Sequence record: SRR2962707_3789
Direction: 5' to 3' (one strand)
DNA length: 33,146 nt
Shown here piece by piece: positions 10,401 through 17,843 of the stretch. The translations under genes were made by a program, and so were the position numbers. Every line of letters begins with the position of its first letter. Position 1 is the stretch's first letter. The notes under the pieces were generated by a model. The model saw nothing but the letters and a program-made list of their open reading frames with translations. It was not told where the DNA came from and made no database searches.

Positions 10401-12232
10401 CCCGATGCGCTTTCAAGGTGCATTTCGTGCAGCCAAATGTTTTTCGGCGCGTTCTCTTCTGCGGTTTTAACGCCGACTTCATAGGTCAACTCATTGATGA
10501 CGCGAAAGCCCATGTTCTCCAGAACTGGCACACGCGCTGATAGAGGCACAGGGCTACCCACATGATAGATGCGCAGCGCCGCAGTGTTCAGCGCATCGGT
10601 ATTGTCGTGGTAAAAATCAACATCGATTGGATTATCGATTGTGAGATTTTCCATATAGTCCATATCGCGCACAGCTTGGCCTGTGCTGATCGTATCGCGG
10701 TATGTATCGGAAAATTGGTAGCGGGCGATGGCCACAGGATCTGCGCCCGGCTCATCTTTAATCTTGTCATCCCATGTGCGGATAATATCGAGCACTTCGC
10801 GCTCTAGTGATATTTGCGTTGGCTTTGGCGTTTCACCGGCGCTGCGGCCAATGATGAGATGCACGCGGGCAAGGCCACCTTCAGGGAAGTTTGGATAATA
10901 GGCGGACACATGACCGTCATAGGCAGCGGCCATCGCCTGGCTAATTTTCTCACGCATTTCTGATGAGTAACGATCACGCGGTACGAAAACGATGATGGAG
11001 ACGAACCGGTCAAATGGATCAAGACGCGATAGGACCCGCACGCGTGGGCGGTCGCTGAGCGCTAGGATGGCTTCTGCATTTCGGGCCAAAATTGAGACAT
11101 CAATTTGGAATAATTCATCGCGTGGATAGGATTCAAGCACGTTCAAAAGCGCTTTGCCCGAATGGCTGTCGGCATCATAATTTGAGCGGGAAATCACCGC
11201 ATCAATTTTTGATTTAATGTAAGGGACGCGCTGGACCGAGCGCGTGTAAGCAGCAGAAGTGAACAGGCCTATGATGCGCACTTCGCCGCACAACTTGCCC
11301 TTTGCGTCATATTTTTTAACGCCGATATAATCCATATAGGTCCGGCGGTGCACGACCGATTTCAAATTCGCTTTGGCAACAATGAGGACTTCGCGGCTGT
11401 TTAGAAACGCGCGAATTGCCGGTGTTGTTGTCACAGCATCATCGCCGCGGCGCATGACGCGCAATTCTGGGTCGCTCAAAATCCCTAAGGCAGGCGCTTC
11501 AGCGCGTTCTAATTTGCCGCGTTTTTCGCCGCCAATATAGTCATATTCGCGAATGCCCAAAAAGGTGAAATTATCATCGCGGAGCCAAGTTAAAAATTCG
11601 ATTGCTTTGGCAACATCGCTTTTTTTCGTCGGTGTAACGCCTTCGCTCAGCGCTTTTACGATCTCGTCCATTTTCTTCTGCATAGGCTGCCAGTCACGAA
11701 CGGCGGCCTTCACTTGGTTCAATGTCGAATTGATATCGTTTTCAAGCTCTTCGCGCTCGGCTGCATCAAGCGGTGATAAAATGGCGAGAATGACGCTTGT
11801 GCGTAATGTTTCTTCACGGGCGAGGCCTGGGCGCGATTTGTCGACGACTTCAAAGCTTTTGCCGTCGTGTTTTACATCGAGAATTGGGTGTACGACCATG
11901 CGCACATCGGCTGAATGGCTGTTGATTTCGCCCAGAACGGAGTCAAACAAAAATGGTTTATTTTGATTGATAATCGCTAAGACAGTGAAACTTTCACCAT
12001 CTGCCGGTGTATGGGTTTCCAGCTGAACAATCGTTTTATTTTTTTTATGATTTGCTAGCGCATTGGCAGTGGTGCGAATGGCGGTTGCCAGCGTATCGGT
12101 ATTAATTAGGACAAGATCTTCGCTTTGGGCATCGGATAATAAGGGTTCAGCTAAGGTTTGTTGAACGACATCAAGTTCTTCGTTCACTGCGCGTAGGATT
12201 CGTTTTGCAATCGCGTTGAGTGCCTTAGCCAT
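7433..12232 (-). CDS. gdhB: Large (about 1600 aa) NAD-specific glutamate dehydrogenase (GdhB/GDH2 type)
   Basis: ARGGLRWSDR, KAQQVKNAVIVPVGSKG, YLVVAADKGTATFSD, GVGDMSGDVFGNGML and DAIDNSAGV motifs. GGGAGA RBS. Confidence 0.96.
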   Translation of the reverse strand: MAKALNAIAKRILRAVNEELDVVQQTLAEPLLSDAQSEDLVLINTDTLATAIRTTANALANHKKNKTIVQLETHTPADGESFTVLAIINQNKPFLFDSVLGEINSHSADVRMVVHPILDVKHDGKSFEVVDKSRPGLAREETLRTSVILAILSPLDAAEREELENDINSTLNQVKAAVRDWQPMQKKMDEIVKALSEGVTPTKKSDVAKAIEFLTWLRDDNFTFLGIREYDYIGGEKRGKLERAEAPALGILSDPELRVMRRGDDAVTTTPAIRAFLNSREVLIVAKANLKSVVHRRTYMDYIGVKKYDAKGKLCGEVRIIGLFTSAAYTRSVQRVPYIKSKIDAVISRSNYDADSHSGKALLNVLESYPRDELFQIDVSILARNAEAILALSDRPRVRVLSRLDPFDRFVSIIVFVPRDRYSSEMREKISQAMAAAYDGHVSAYYPNFPEGGLARVHLIIGRSAGETPKPTQISLEREVLDIIRTWDDKIKDEPGADPVAIARYQFSDTYRDTISTGQAVRDMDYMENLTIDNPIDVDFYHDNTDALNTAALRIYHVGSPVPLSARVPVLENMGFRVINELTYEVGVKTAEENAPKNIWLHEMHLESASGKNVPMGVERELYEQGFLSVWAGDNENDAYNGLILSTGLDVHQAKVLRAYGRYLKQTGIAYGQAYMATTLIKHSHIARQLFDLFDARLNPARAADPEEDTAVTEKHIAAAIADSLADVPSIDEDRVIRRFLNLIQSTLRTGYYQVEEDGTPRTALTFKFDPHKIEGIPAPKPYREIYVFAPDVEGLHLRFGPIARGGLRWSDRSEDYRTEVLGLVKAQQVKNAVIVPVGSKGAFFPMRLPKGGTRDEIFMAGRSAYVTFVSALLSITDNIVGNDIIPPARTVRHDGDDPYLVVAADKGTATFSDTANGISQAHDFWLDDAFASGGSAGYDHKKMGITARGAWECVKRHFREMDKDIQTQPFTVVGVGDMSGDVFGNGMLLSKQTKLIAAFDHRDIFIDPDPDPASSFAERKRLFEMDRSSWQDYDKKKLSKGGGIFSRNQKLITLTKAAADAIGLDKVKASPTEILTAILKAEVELMWFGGIGTYIRASNENNADVGDKANDAIRITAKDLRVKILGEGANLGVTQPARIEFGLRGGRCNSDAIDNSAGVNSSDVEVNIKIALAPSMRDGTLPREKRNILLESMTDDVAHLVLENNYEQSLTISRVEQRGSANLALQVRLMESLEDRGLLDREVEDLPSAEVIAERAKNDQGLTRSEIGVLLSYAKIVLLDDLVRSNLPDDPYLEADLMGYFPPRMQKDFPDNIRNHRLRREIIATRLANEAVNKGGPSVISRFEDATGRLPSAIVRAHVVTRDVFDINTLHEAIDALDNKINGEKQLDVYKDLADAQRVAVGGYLKNVTAELPIADEVARLAAVRGALEPKITSILPQYLQEWVRERHSDFKSIGLTDAVAKRLALLPIMAILPDIASVADKTNRDVLEAATAFFCVTNEFKIGRLEHLARQLDVDDYFDGLAQQRALDIIHSARNAITITTLQGTDLAPAEAVEKWTMANVVRIRRVQDRITELTGQVDLTVSRLTVAAGLLTDLVN

Positions 12233-12402
12233 AAATTTCTCCCGTGTACGACGCCACTTTATTGATGCGGCTTTTGGTCAGCATAACAGAGCATTTTTAA
12301 CATGCAGCATAAAATTGTCATATCTTGCCTAACAACTTTATGTCACATCTATAGAATGTATTGAAACTATGTATCGCATGCGAATGAATGAAGGAGGCAC
12401 GA

Positions 12403-12657
12403 ATGGCAAAGTCCGATAAGCGCGATGATAACGCAAAAGAATCTGAGCGTTTGCTCAAGCGCGTTGCTGATGAGTCCGAAGTTGTTGGCACTTCTTCTTT
12501 TGCGCGGACGGCGAACCGCGCGCGCGATCATTTTATTGCGGCTGATGGCGATCAGACCGATCCGGCTGAAGTTTGGGCCAAGCGCGTTGCGCGGGTCTTG
12601 TCGGTTATATTTTTCATTGGACTTAGCTACTGGCTTATTAATTTCCTAAGCCGTTGA
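12403..12657 (+). CDS. Small hypothetical protein with a C-terminal transmembrane helix
   Basis: AAGGAGG 5 nt before the ATG at 12403. Charged N-terminus and a hydrophobic tail (VLSVIFFIGLSYWLI). Ends 11 nt before pdxY. Confidence 0.75.
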   Translation: MAKSDKRDDNAKESERLLKRVADESEVVGTSSFARTANRARDHFIAADGDQTDPAEVWAKRVARVLSVIFFIGLSYWLINFLSR

Positions 12658-12668
12658 GGATTGAGTAA

Positions 12669-13562
12669 ATGAGCCAATTGAAGCGGCCAGCGGTAGTGGT
12701 TATTTCAAGCCATGTCGCGCGCGGGTCTGTTGGAAACCGCGCTTCTGTTTTTGCATTAGAGGCGCTCGGATTTCCGGTCTGGGCAATCCCCACAATTATG
12801 CTGCCTTGGCACCCAGGTCATGGGCCAGCCACACGGATTGTGCCGGATGAAGAAAATTTTGCCGCGTTTTTAAATGATCTGTCGGGTTCGAAATTCACCA
12901 ACGAAGTCGGCGGGCTTTTAACCGGCTATATGGGTTCTGTCGCACAGGTGAAAGCAACGGCGAATTTTGTACGGGCGATGCGGGCGAAAAATAGCGACCT
13001 ATTTTATGCGTGCGATCCCGTGATCGGCGATAATGGCGGCCTCTATATTGCCGAAGACATAGCCAATGCGATCCGCGATGAATTGCTGCCACTTGCCGAT
13101 TTAATAACGCCGAACCGATTCGAGTTTAATTGGCTTATGGGCGCATCTGTCACCTCCAATGAGGAAGCGGTCACAATTTTGCGCGCTTCAAAAATCCCGC
13201 GCGCGCTCGTTACCAGTGCATTTGCGTTTATGAAGGGCGGAACGGGCAATCTTTATATAGACCGTGAATTGGCCTTATTGGCTGAACATAAGCAGTTGGA
13301 CAAAGTGCCCAGTGGAACCGGCGATTTAACGGCGGCGCTTTTTCTTGGACGCTATTTAGCGGGGCAGAAAATCGAAAATGCGTTGGAGATGGCAACGCAG
13401 TCTGTCAGCGAATTATTGCTAGGCACCAGTAAATTGGGCGCGGATGAATTGATGCTAGAGACTGCCACCTCTAGTCTTCGCCAACCATCTTCTATGGTGC
13501 AAATGCGCTATGTGGGCATGCCAGCGGGCGTTAAAAAACGCGTTAAGCCAAGTTCACTATAG
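12669..13562 (+). CDS. pdxY: Pyridoxal/pyridoxamine kinase (ribokinase superfamily)
   Basis: ISSHVARGSVGNRA, LTGYMGS, CDPVIGD, ITPNRFE and GTGD motifs. Confidence 0.92.
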   Translation: MSQLKRPAVVVISSHVARGSVGNRASVFALEALGFPVWAIPTIMLPWHPGHGPATRIVPDEENFAAFLNDLSGSKFTNEVGGLLTGYMGSVAQVKATANFVRAMRAKNSDLFYACDPVIGDNGGLYIAEDIANAIRDELLPLADLITPNRFEFNWLMGASVTSNEEAVTILRASKIPRALVTSAFAFMKGGTGNLYIDRELALLAEHKQLDKVPSGTGDLTAALFLGRYLAGQKIENALEMATQSVSELLLGTSKLGADELMLETATSSLRQPSSMVQMRYVGMPAGVKKRVKPSSL

Positions 13563-13571
13563 GAAGTTGTA

Positions 13572-14012
13572 ATGAGCCAAAATTTGCGTTTTTTGAGTGC
13601 GGTTTTCTTGCTTGTTGCTTTTGCAAATTCGAGTTTTGCTGAAAGCCGTGCGCATGATGTCGCGCTTATCAATCAGTGGTATAGTGCGATTTCGCCTAAA
13701 CAACCTGCTGAATTGATGAAGGTCAATGTATCTGCCTTGCTAAGCGCGGATGCAATTATTGAGCTGAAGGATTTGGGCATTGAGCAAACACGAGACGAGT
13801 TTCTGGATAGTTTAGATGATTGGGCTGATGCCATTGCAAATGGCTTTATTGCCCACCGTATTGAAGACGCAAAAGAGGGTCATGTAACGGCGCTAGTTTG
13901 TTATGATTTAGGCGCTAATGCGCTGATGACACGCGAGGTCTTTGACCTTGCGGATGATTTGATTGTGAAATCTGTTCAGCAAACTGTTGCCGAAAACTGC
14001 GATGATTTTTAA
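13572..14012 (+). CDS. Exported hypothetical protein, possibly SnoaL/NTF2-like fold
   Basis: Signal peptide (…FANSSFA|ES), AGGAAG RBS, two Cys. The 'LINQWY…LLSADA' pattern loosely resembles NTF2-like proteins. The fold call is weak. Confidence 0.65.
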   Translation: MSQNLRFLSAVFLLVAFANSSFAESRAHDVALINQWYSAISPKQPAELMKVNVSALLSADAIIELKDLGIEQTRDEFLDSLDDWADAIANGFIAHRIEDAKEGHVTALVCYDLGANALMTREVFDLADDLIVKSVQQTVAENCDDF

Positions 14013-14058
14013 TCGCCATTATTTGCCGCTGTAATAATTATTTTTGGAAGGAACCCAA

Positions 14059-14454
14059 ATGTTTAGCGTAATCCCTTTGATGATCGTCCCGTTCATCGCC
14101 TATAATGTGTTTCTATTGAGCGGTAGCTCGGCGCAGCTTTGGACTGGACCCGTCTTTTCAATCACGATGATATCAGGTGGGCAATGGGCCATGACACTTG
14201 GCGATACCTTGCTCGTCGTCGGTCTTTTTTGCCTCTTTATCGAGATATTAAAATCAACCCGCACGTCTAATACATCGGTGCTTGATCATTTGTTTTCGGC
14301 GATTGTTTTTATCATTTTTCTGGTCGAATTTTTGGTTGTTCCCGGTGCGGCAACATCGATTTTCTTCCTTTTGATGGTGATGTCACTGATTGATTTGATG
14401 GCAGGCTTTTCGGTTTCTATCCGCTCGGCTGGCCGCGATATTTCATACACTTAA
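14059..14454 (+). CDS. Hypothetical integral membrane protein (about 4 TM)
   Basis: GGAAGGA RBS before the ATG at 14059. Four hydrophobic stretches, with EILKST and DH…S…F…VEF patterns. Confidence 0.78.
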   Translation: MFSVIPLMIVPFIAYNVFLLSGSSAQLWTGPVFSITMISGGQWAMTLGDTLLVVGLFCLFIEILKSTRTSNTSVLDHLFSAIVFIIFLVEFLVVPGAATSIFFLLMVMSLIDLMAGFSVSIRSAGRDISYT

Positions 14455-14474
14455 ATTTGGTGGTTCGCTAAGCG

Positions 14475-14501
14475 AAACGGCACCGCGATGCGGTGCCGTT
14501 T
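14475..14501. terminator. Strong hairpin between convergent genes, probable terminator
   Basis: AAACGGCACCGC-GAT-GCGGTGCCGTTT perfect 12-bp stem followed by an AT-rich tail. Confidence 0.75.
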
Positions 14502-14505
14502 ATTA

Positions 14506-15196
14506 TTATTTATCTTCTAAAAGCGCTTTATAAAGAAGCCCGCCGATGACAGCACCGGCAATGGGCGCAGCCCAGAAAAGCCAGAGCTGGCCAACCGCCC
14601 AATTACCATCAGCAAAGAAGGCAACGGCAGTTGAACGCGCTGGGTTCACTGATGTGTTGCTGATTGGGATGGAAATCAGGTGAATAAGTGTCAATCCAAG
14701 ACCAATGGCGATTGGTGCAAAACCGGCCGGTGCTTTTGGTCCTGTTACGCCCAATATGATGAGCAAGAACATCATTGTTAGCAAGAATTCTGCAATCAAG
14801 ACGGATACCATTGAATAGCCCGCTGGCGAGTGCTCGCCAAAACCGTTTGATGCAAAGCCGCCAGCGCTAAAGCCTGTTTGGCCGCTCGCGATCACATAGA
14901 GAAGTGTGCCCGCAATCAAACCGCCAACGAGTTGAGCGATGATATAAGGTATGAGTTCTTTTGCTGGAAAACGTCCTGCTACAAAAAGGCCAACAGATAC
15001 GGCAGGGTTGAAATGTCCACCAGAAATGCCGCCCACTGCGTAGGCCATTGTTAGAACCGTTAGGCCAAAGGCGATTGCGACGCCTAAAAAGCCAATGCCT
15101 AGATCAGGAATGCCAGCTGCAAAAATAGCGCTGCCACATCCTCCAAAGACAAGCCAGAAAGTGCCGAAAGCTTCAGCTGAAAGTTTTTTTTATCAT
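14506..15196 (-). pseudogene. aqpZ: Aquaporin Z, frameshifted as sequenced (one extra A in an A8 run at codons 2-5); may be an assembly error or a slippage site
   Basis: Both NPA motifs are present (HFNPAVS, SVNPARS). The AqpZ N-terminus [19 protein letters not shown] runs in frame from 15183. The RBS-preceded ATG at 15196 is one base out of frame (ATG ATA AAA AAA ACT TTC AGC TGA). Confidence 0.85.
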
Positions 15197-15350
15197 TTTG
15201 AATTGGTCCCCAAACCATTGTTTTAAATCAAATTGTTTTTTCAATTTGCGTGTTTTGTCATTTGCTAAATGGGGAGCACTTTTTTGCCTATATTGCACCG
15301 CATTCAATGAATGGCAAAAATTTGTCTATTTCACTGAATATGAACGGTAG

Positions 15351-15455
15351 ATGAATAAGACGTACCGCACCCTTGCGGATTTGCTTCGTGTGTTTATTAA
15401 CGCACTCAATATTGAGCCTGACGGAAGGCTCCAGATAAAATTGGTGATCTCATGA
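15351..15455 (+). other. Candidate 34-aa upstream ORF (MNKTYRTLADLLRVFINALNIEPDGRLQIKLVIS) overlapping the nspC start
   Basis: Open frame from ATG at 15351 to TGA at 15453-15455, sharing ATGA with nspC. No strong RBS, and translation is unproven. Confidence 0.3.
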
Positions 15456-16546
15456 TTTCGACGCCCTACTATCTCATCGATAAATCGAAGCTTGCTGCGA
15501 ACATGGCCAAGATTGATCAGTTGCGCGCAGCTTCGGGTGCAAAATGTTTGCTTGCGCTCAAATGCTTTGCCACTTGGCCGGTGTTTGATGCGATGAACGA
15601 CCATTTGGATGGCACAACATCGAGCAGCCTTTATGAGCTGAGACTTGGCCGTGAAAAATTTGGCGGCGAAACCCACGCTTACTCTGTCGCGTGGGCTGAA
15701 GATGAAGTCGATGAAGCCGTTTCTTATGCAGACAAAATCATCTTCAATTCGATTGGTCAGCTTGAGCGCTTTGACAATAAGACGGCGGGCATCGCGCGCG
15801 GTTTGCGCTTAAATCCTGGCTTTTCGACATCGGGTTTTGATTTGGCTGATCCGGCGCGTCCGTTTAGCCGTTTGGGCGAATGGGACGTGGCAAAGCTCAA
15901 CGGCGTTGCCGACAGAATTTCTGGCGTCATGATCCATTATAATTGTGAAAATGATGATTTTGAAAAATTCGATAGGCAGCTGAGCCGCATAGAAGAAGAG
16001 TTCGGCGGGTTCCTTGCAAAGCTAAAATGGGTTAGCCTTGGCGGAGGTATCCACTTTACCGGTGAAAATTATCCGATTGATCGCTTGGCCGCACGCCTCA
16101 AAGCCTTTGCTGATAAGTTTGGCGTTCAAGTTTATTTGGAACCGGGCGAAGCGGCGATTACTGGCACGGCAAGTCTTGAAGTGACGGTGCTTGATCTGCT
16201 GGACAATGGAAAGCAATTGGCCATCGTCGATAGTTCTGTTGAAGCGCATATGCTAGATCTTTTGATCTACCGCGAAAGCGCAAAAATGGAGACCGCTGGC
16301 GACCACGCCTATATGATTTGCGGCAAGTCATGCCTTGCGGGTGATATTTTTGGCGAGTTTTCGTTTCCAGCGCCGTTAAAAGTTGGCGATCGTTTATCAA
16401 TTGCCGATGCGGCTGGTTATACAATGGTCAAAAAGAATTGGTTTAACGGTGTTAAGATGCCGTCGATTGTCATGCGCGAATTGGATGGTTCTCTGACGGT
16501 ATCGCGTGAGTTTGGATATAATGATTTTGAGAGCAGCCTTGGCTGA
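15452..16546 (+). CDS. nspC: Carboxynorspermidine/carboxyspermidine decarboxylase
   Basis: TPYYLID start, LLALKCF (PLP lysine), SSLYE, SLGGG, YLEPGEA, SCLAGD and YTMVKKNWFNGV motifs. Confidence 0.95.
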   Translation: MISTPYYLIDKSKLAANMAKIDQLRAASGAKCLLALKCFATWPVFDAMNDHLDGTTSSSLYELRLGREKFGGETHAYSVAWAEDEVDEAVSYADKIIFNSIGQLERFDNKTAGIARGLRLNPGFSTSGFDLADPARPFSRLGEWDVAKLNGVADRISGVMIHYNCENDDFEKFDRQLSRIEEEFGGFLAKLKWVSLGGGIHFTGENYPIDRLAARLKAFADKFGVQVYLEPGEAAITGTASLEVTVLDLLDNGKQLAIVDSSVEAHMLDLLIYRESAKMETAGDHAYMICGKSCLAGDIFGEFSFPAPLKVGDRLSIADAAGYTMVKKNWFNGVKMPSIVMRELDGSLTVSREFGYNDFESSLG

Positions 16547-16583
16547 TCTCTCTTCCCACTGTCCTTAAAGGAGATAGTTCGAA

Positions 16584-17822
16584 GTGAAAAAGAATGTTCT
16601 GATTATTGGTGCTGGCGGTGTTGCGCAGGTCGTTGCGCATAAATGCGCGCAAAATAACGATGTGCTCGGCGATCTGCATATAGCGAGCCGCACAATTGAA
16701 AAATGCGATGCGATTATTGCGTCCGTGCATGAAAAATCAGCGATGAAAGTTGATGGTGTTTTCAGCGCCCATAGCGTTGATGCAATGGATGTGGATGCCG
16801 TTAGTGTTTTGATCAAAAAGCTCGGCGTTGAAATCGTTATTAATGTGGGTTCGCCCTATGTGAATATGAGCGTGATGCAGGCCTGTATCGAAACAGGCAC
16901 GGCCTATATGGACACTGCTATCCATGAGGATCCAGCCAAGATTTGTGAAACACCGCCTTGGTATGCAAATTACGAATGGAAAAAACGGGACGCTTGCAAG
17001 AAAGCTGGCGTGACCGCGATTTTGGGCATTGGTTTTGACCCGGGCGTTGTAAACGCCTATGCGCGTTTGGCCGAAGATATGTTCCTCGATACAATCCAAT
17101 CCATTGATATTGTTGACATTAATGCCGGTTCGCATGGCCGCTGGTTCTCAACCAATTTCGACCCTGAGATCAATTTCCGCGAATTTACCGGCACTGTCTA
17201 TTCTTGGCAAAAGGGTGAATGGCAGAGCAATGACATGTTCGAAGTGGGCCATGAATTTGATTTGCCGGTTGTTGGCAAACAAAAGGCCTATATGAGCGGC
17301 CATGATGAAGTGCACTCTTTGTCAAAGCGCTATGCGCATGCCGATGTGCGGTTCTGGATGGGCTTTGGCGATCACTATATCAATGTGTTCACCGTGCTTA
17401 AAAATCTCGGCCTGTTGTCCGAGCAACCGGTCATGACAGCCGAAGGTCTTGAAGTTGTGCCGCTTAAAGTTGTCAAAGCCGTATTGCCGGATCCATCAAG
17501 CCTTGCGCCTGACTACACAGGTAAAACATGCATTGGCGATTTTGTTAAAGGCACAAAAGATGGCAAGCCGCATGAGGTTTTCATCTATAATGTGGCTGAC
17601 CATAAAGATGCTTTCAATGAAGTGGGCAGCCAAGGCATTTCCTACACAGCTGGCGTGCCGCCTGTTGCTGCCGCGATGCTTGTGGCCAATGGCACATGGG
17701 ATATTGGCGAGATGGCCAATGTTGAGGATTTAGATCCAAAACCATTTATCAATCTGCTTAACCAGATCGGCCTGCCGACACGGGTTAAAGATGCAGATGG
17801 CGACCGCGCCGTAACGTTTTAA
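16584..17822 (+). CDS. Carboxy(nor)spermidine dehydrogenase (saccharopine dehydrogenase family)
   Basis: GAGGV Rossmann motif, GFDPG, TNFDPEINFRE and SYTAGVP. Adjacent to nspC. GTG start after AAAGGAGA. Confidence 0.92.
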   Translation: MKKNVLIIGAGGVAQVVAHKCAQNNDVLGDLHIASRTIEKCDAIIASVHEKSAMKVDGVFSAHSVDAMDVDAVSVLIKKLGVEIVINVGSPYVNMSVMQACIETGTAYMDTAIHEDPAKICETPPWYANYEWKKRDACKKAGVTAILGIGFDPGVVNAYARLAEDMFLDTIQSIDIVDINAGSHGRWFSTNFDPEINFREFTGTVYSWQKGEWQSNDMFEVGHEFDLPVVGKQKAYMSGHDEVHSLSKRYAHADVRFWMGFGDHYINVFTVLKNLGLLSEQPVMTAEGLEVVPLKVVKAVLPDPSSLAPDYTGKTCIGDFVKGTKDGKPHEVFIYNVADHKDAFNEVGSQGISYTAGVPPVAAAMLVANGTWDIGEMANVEDLDPKPFINLLNQIGLPTRVKDADGDRAVTF

Positions 17823-17843
17823 TATTGGATGGGGTAGATTAAC

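Noticed and set aside
15312..15327. TGGCA…TTG as a sigma54 promoter for nspC
   Set aside because: It lacks the invariant GC at -12 at the GG-N10-GC spacing.
15450..15456. TCA-TGA-T at the uORF end resembles the antizyme UCC-UGA +1 polyamine frameshift site
   Set aside because: A +1 shift enters a frame that stops after 9 codons. nspC is in the -1 frame and has its own normal N-terminus.
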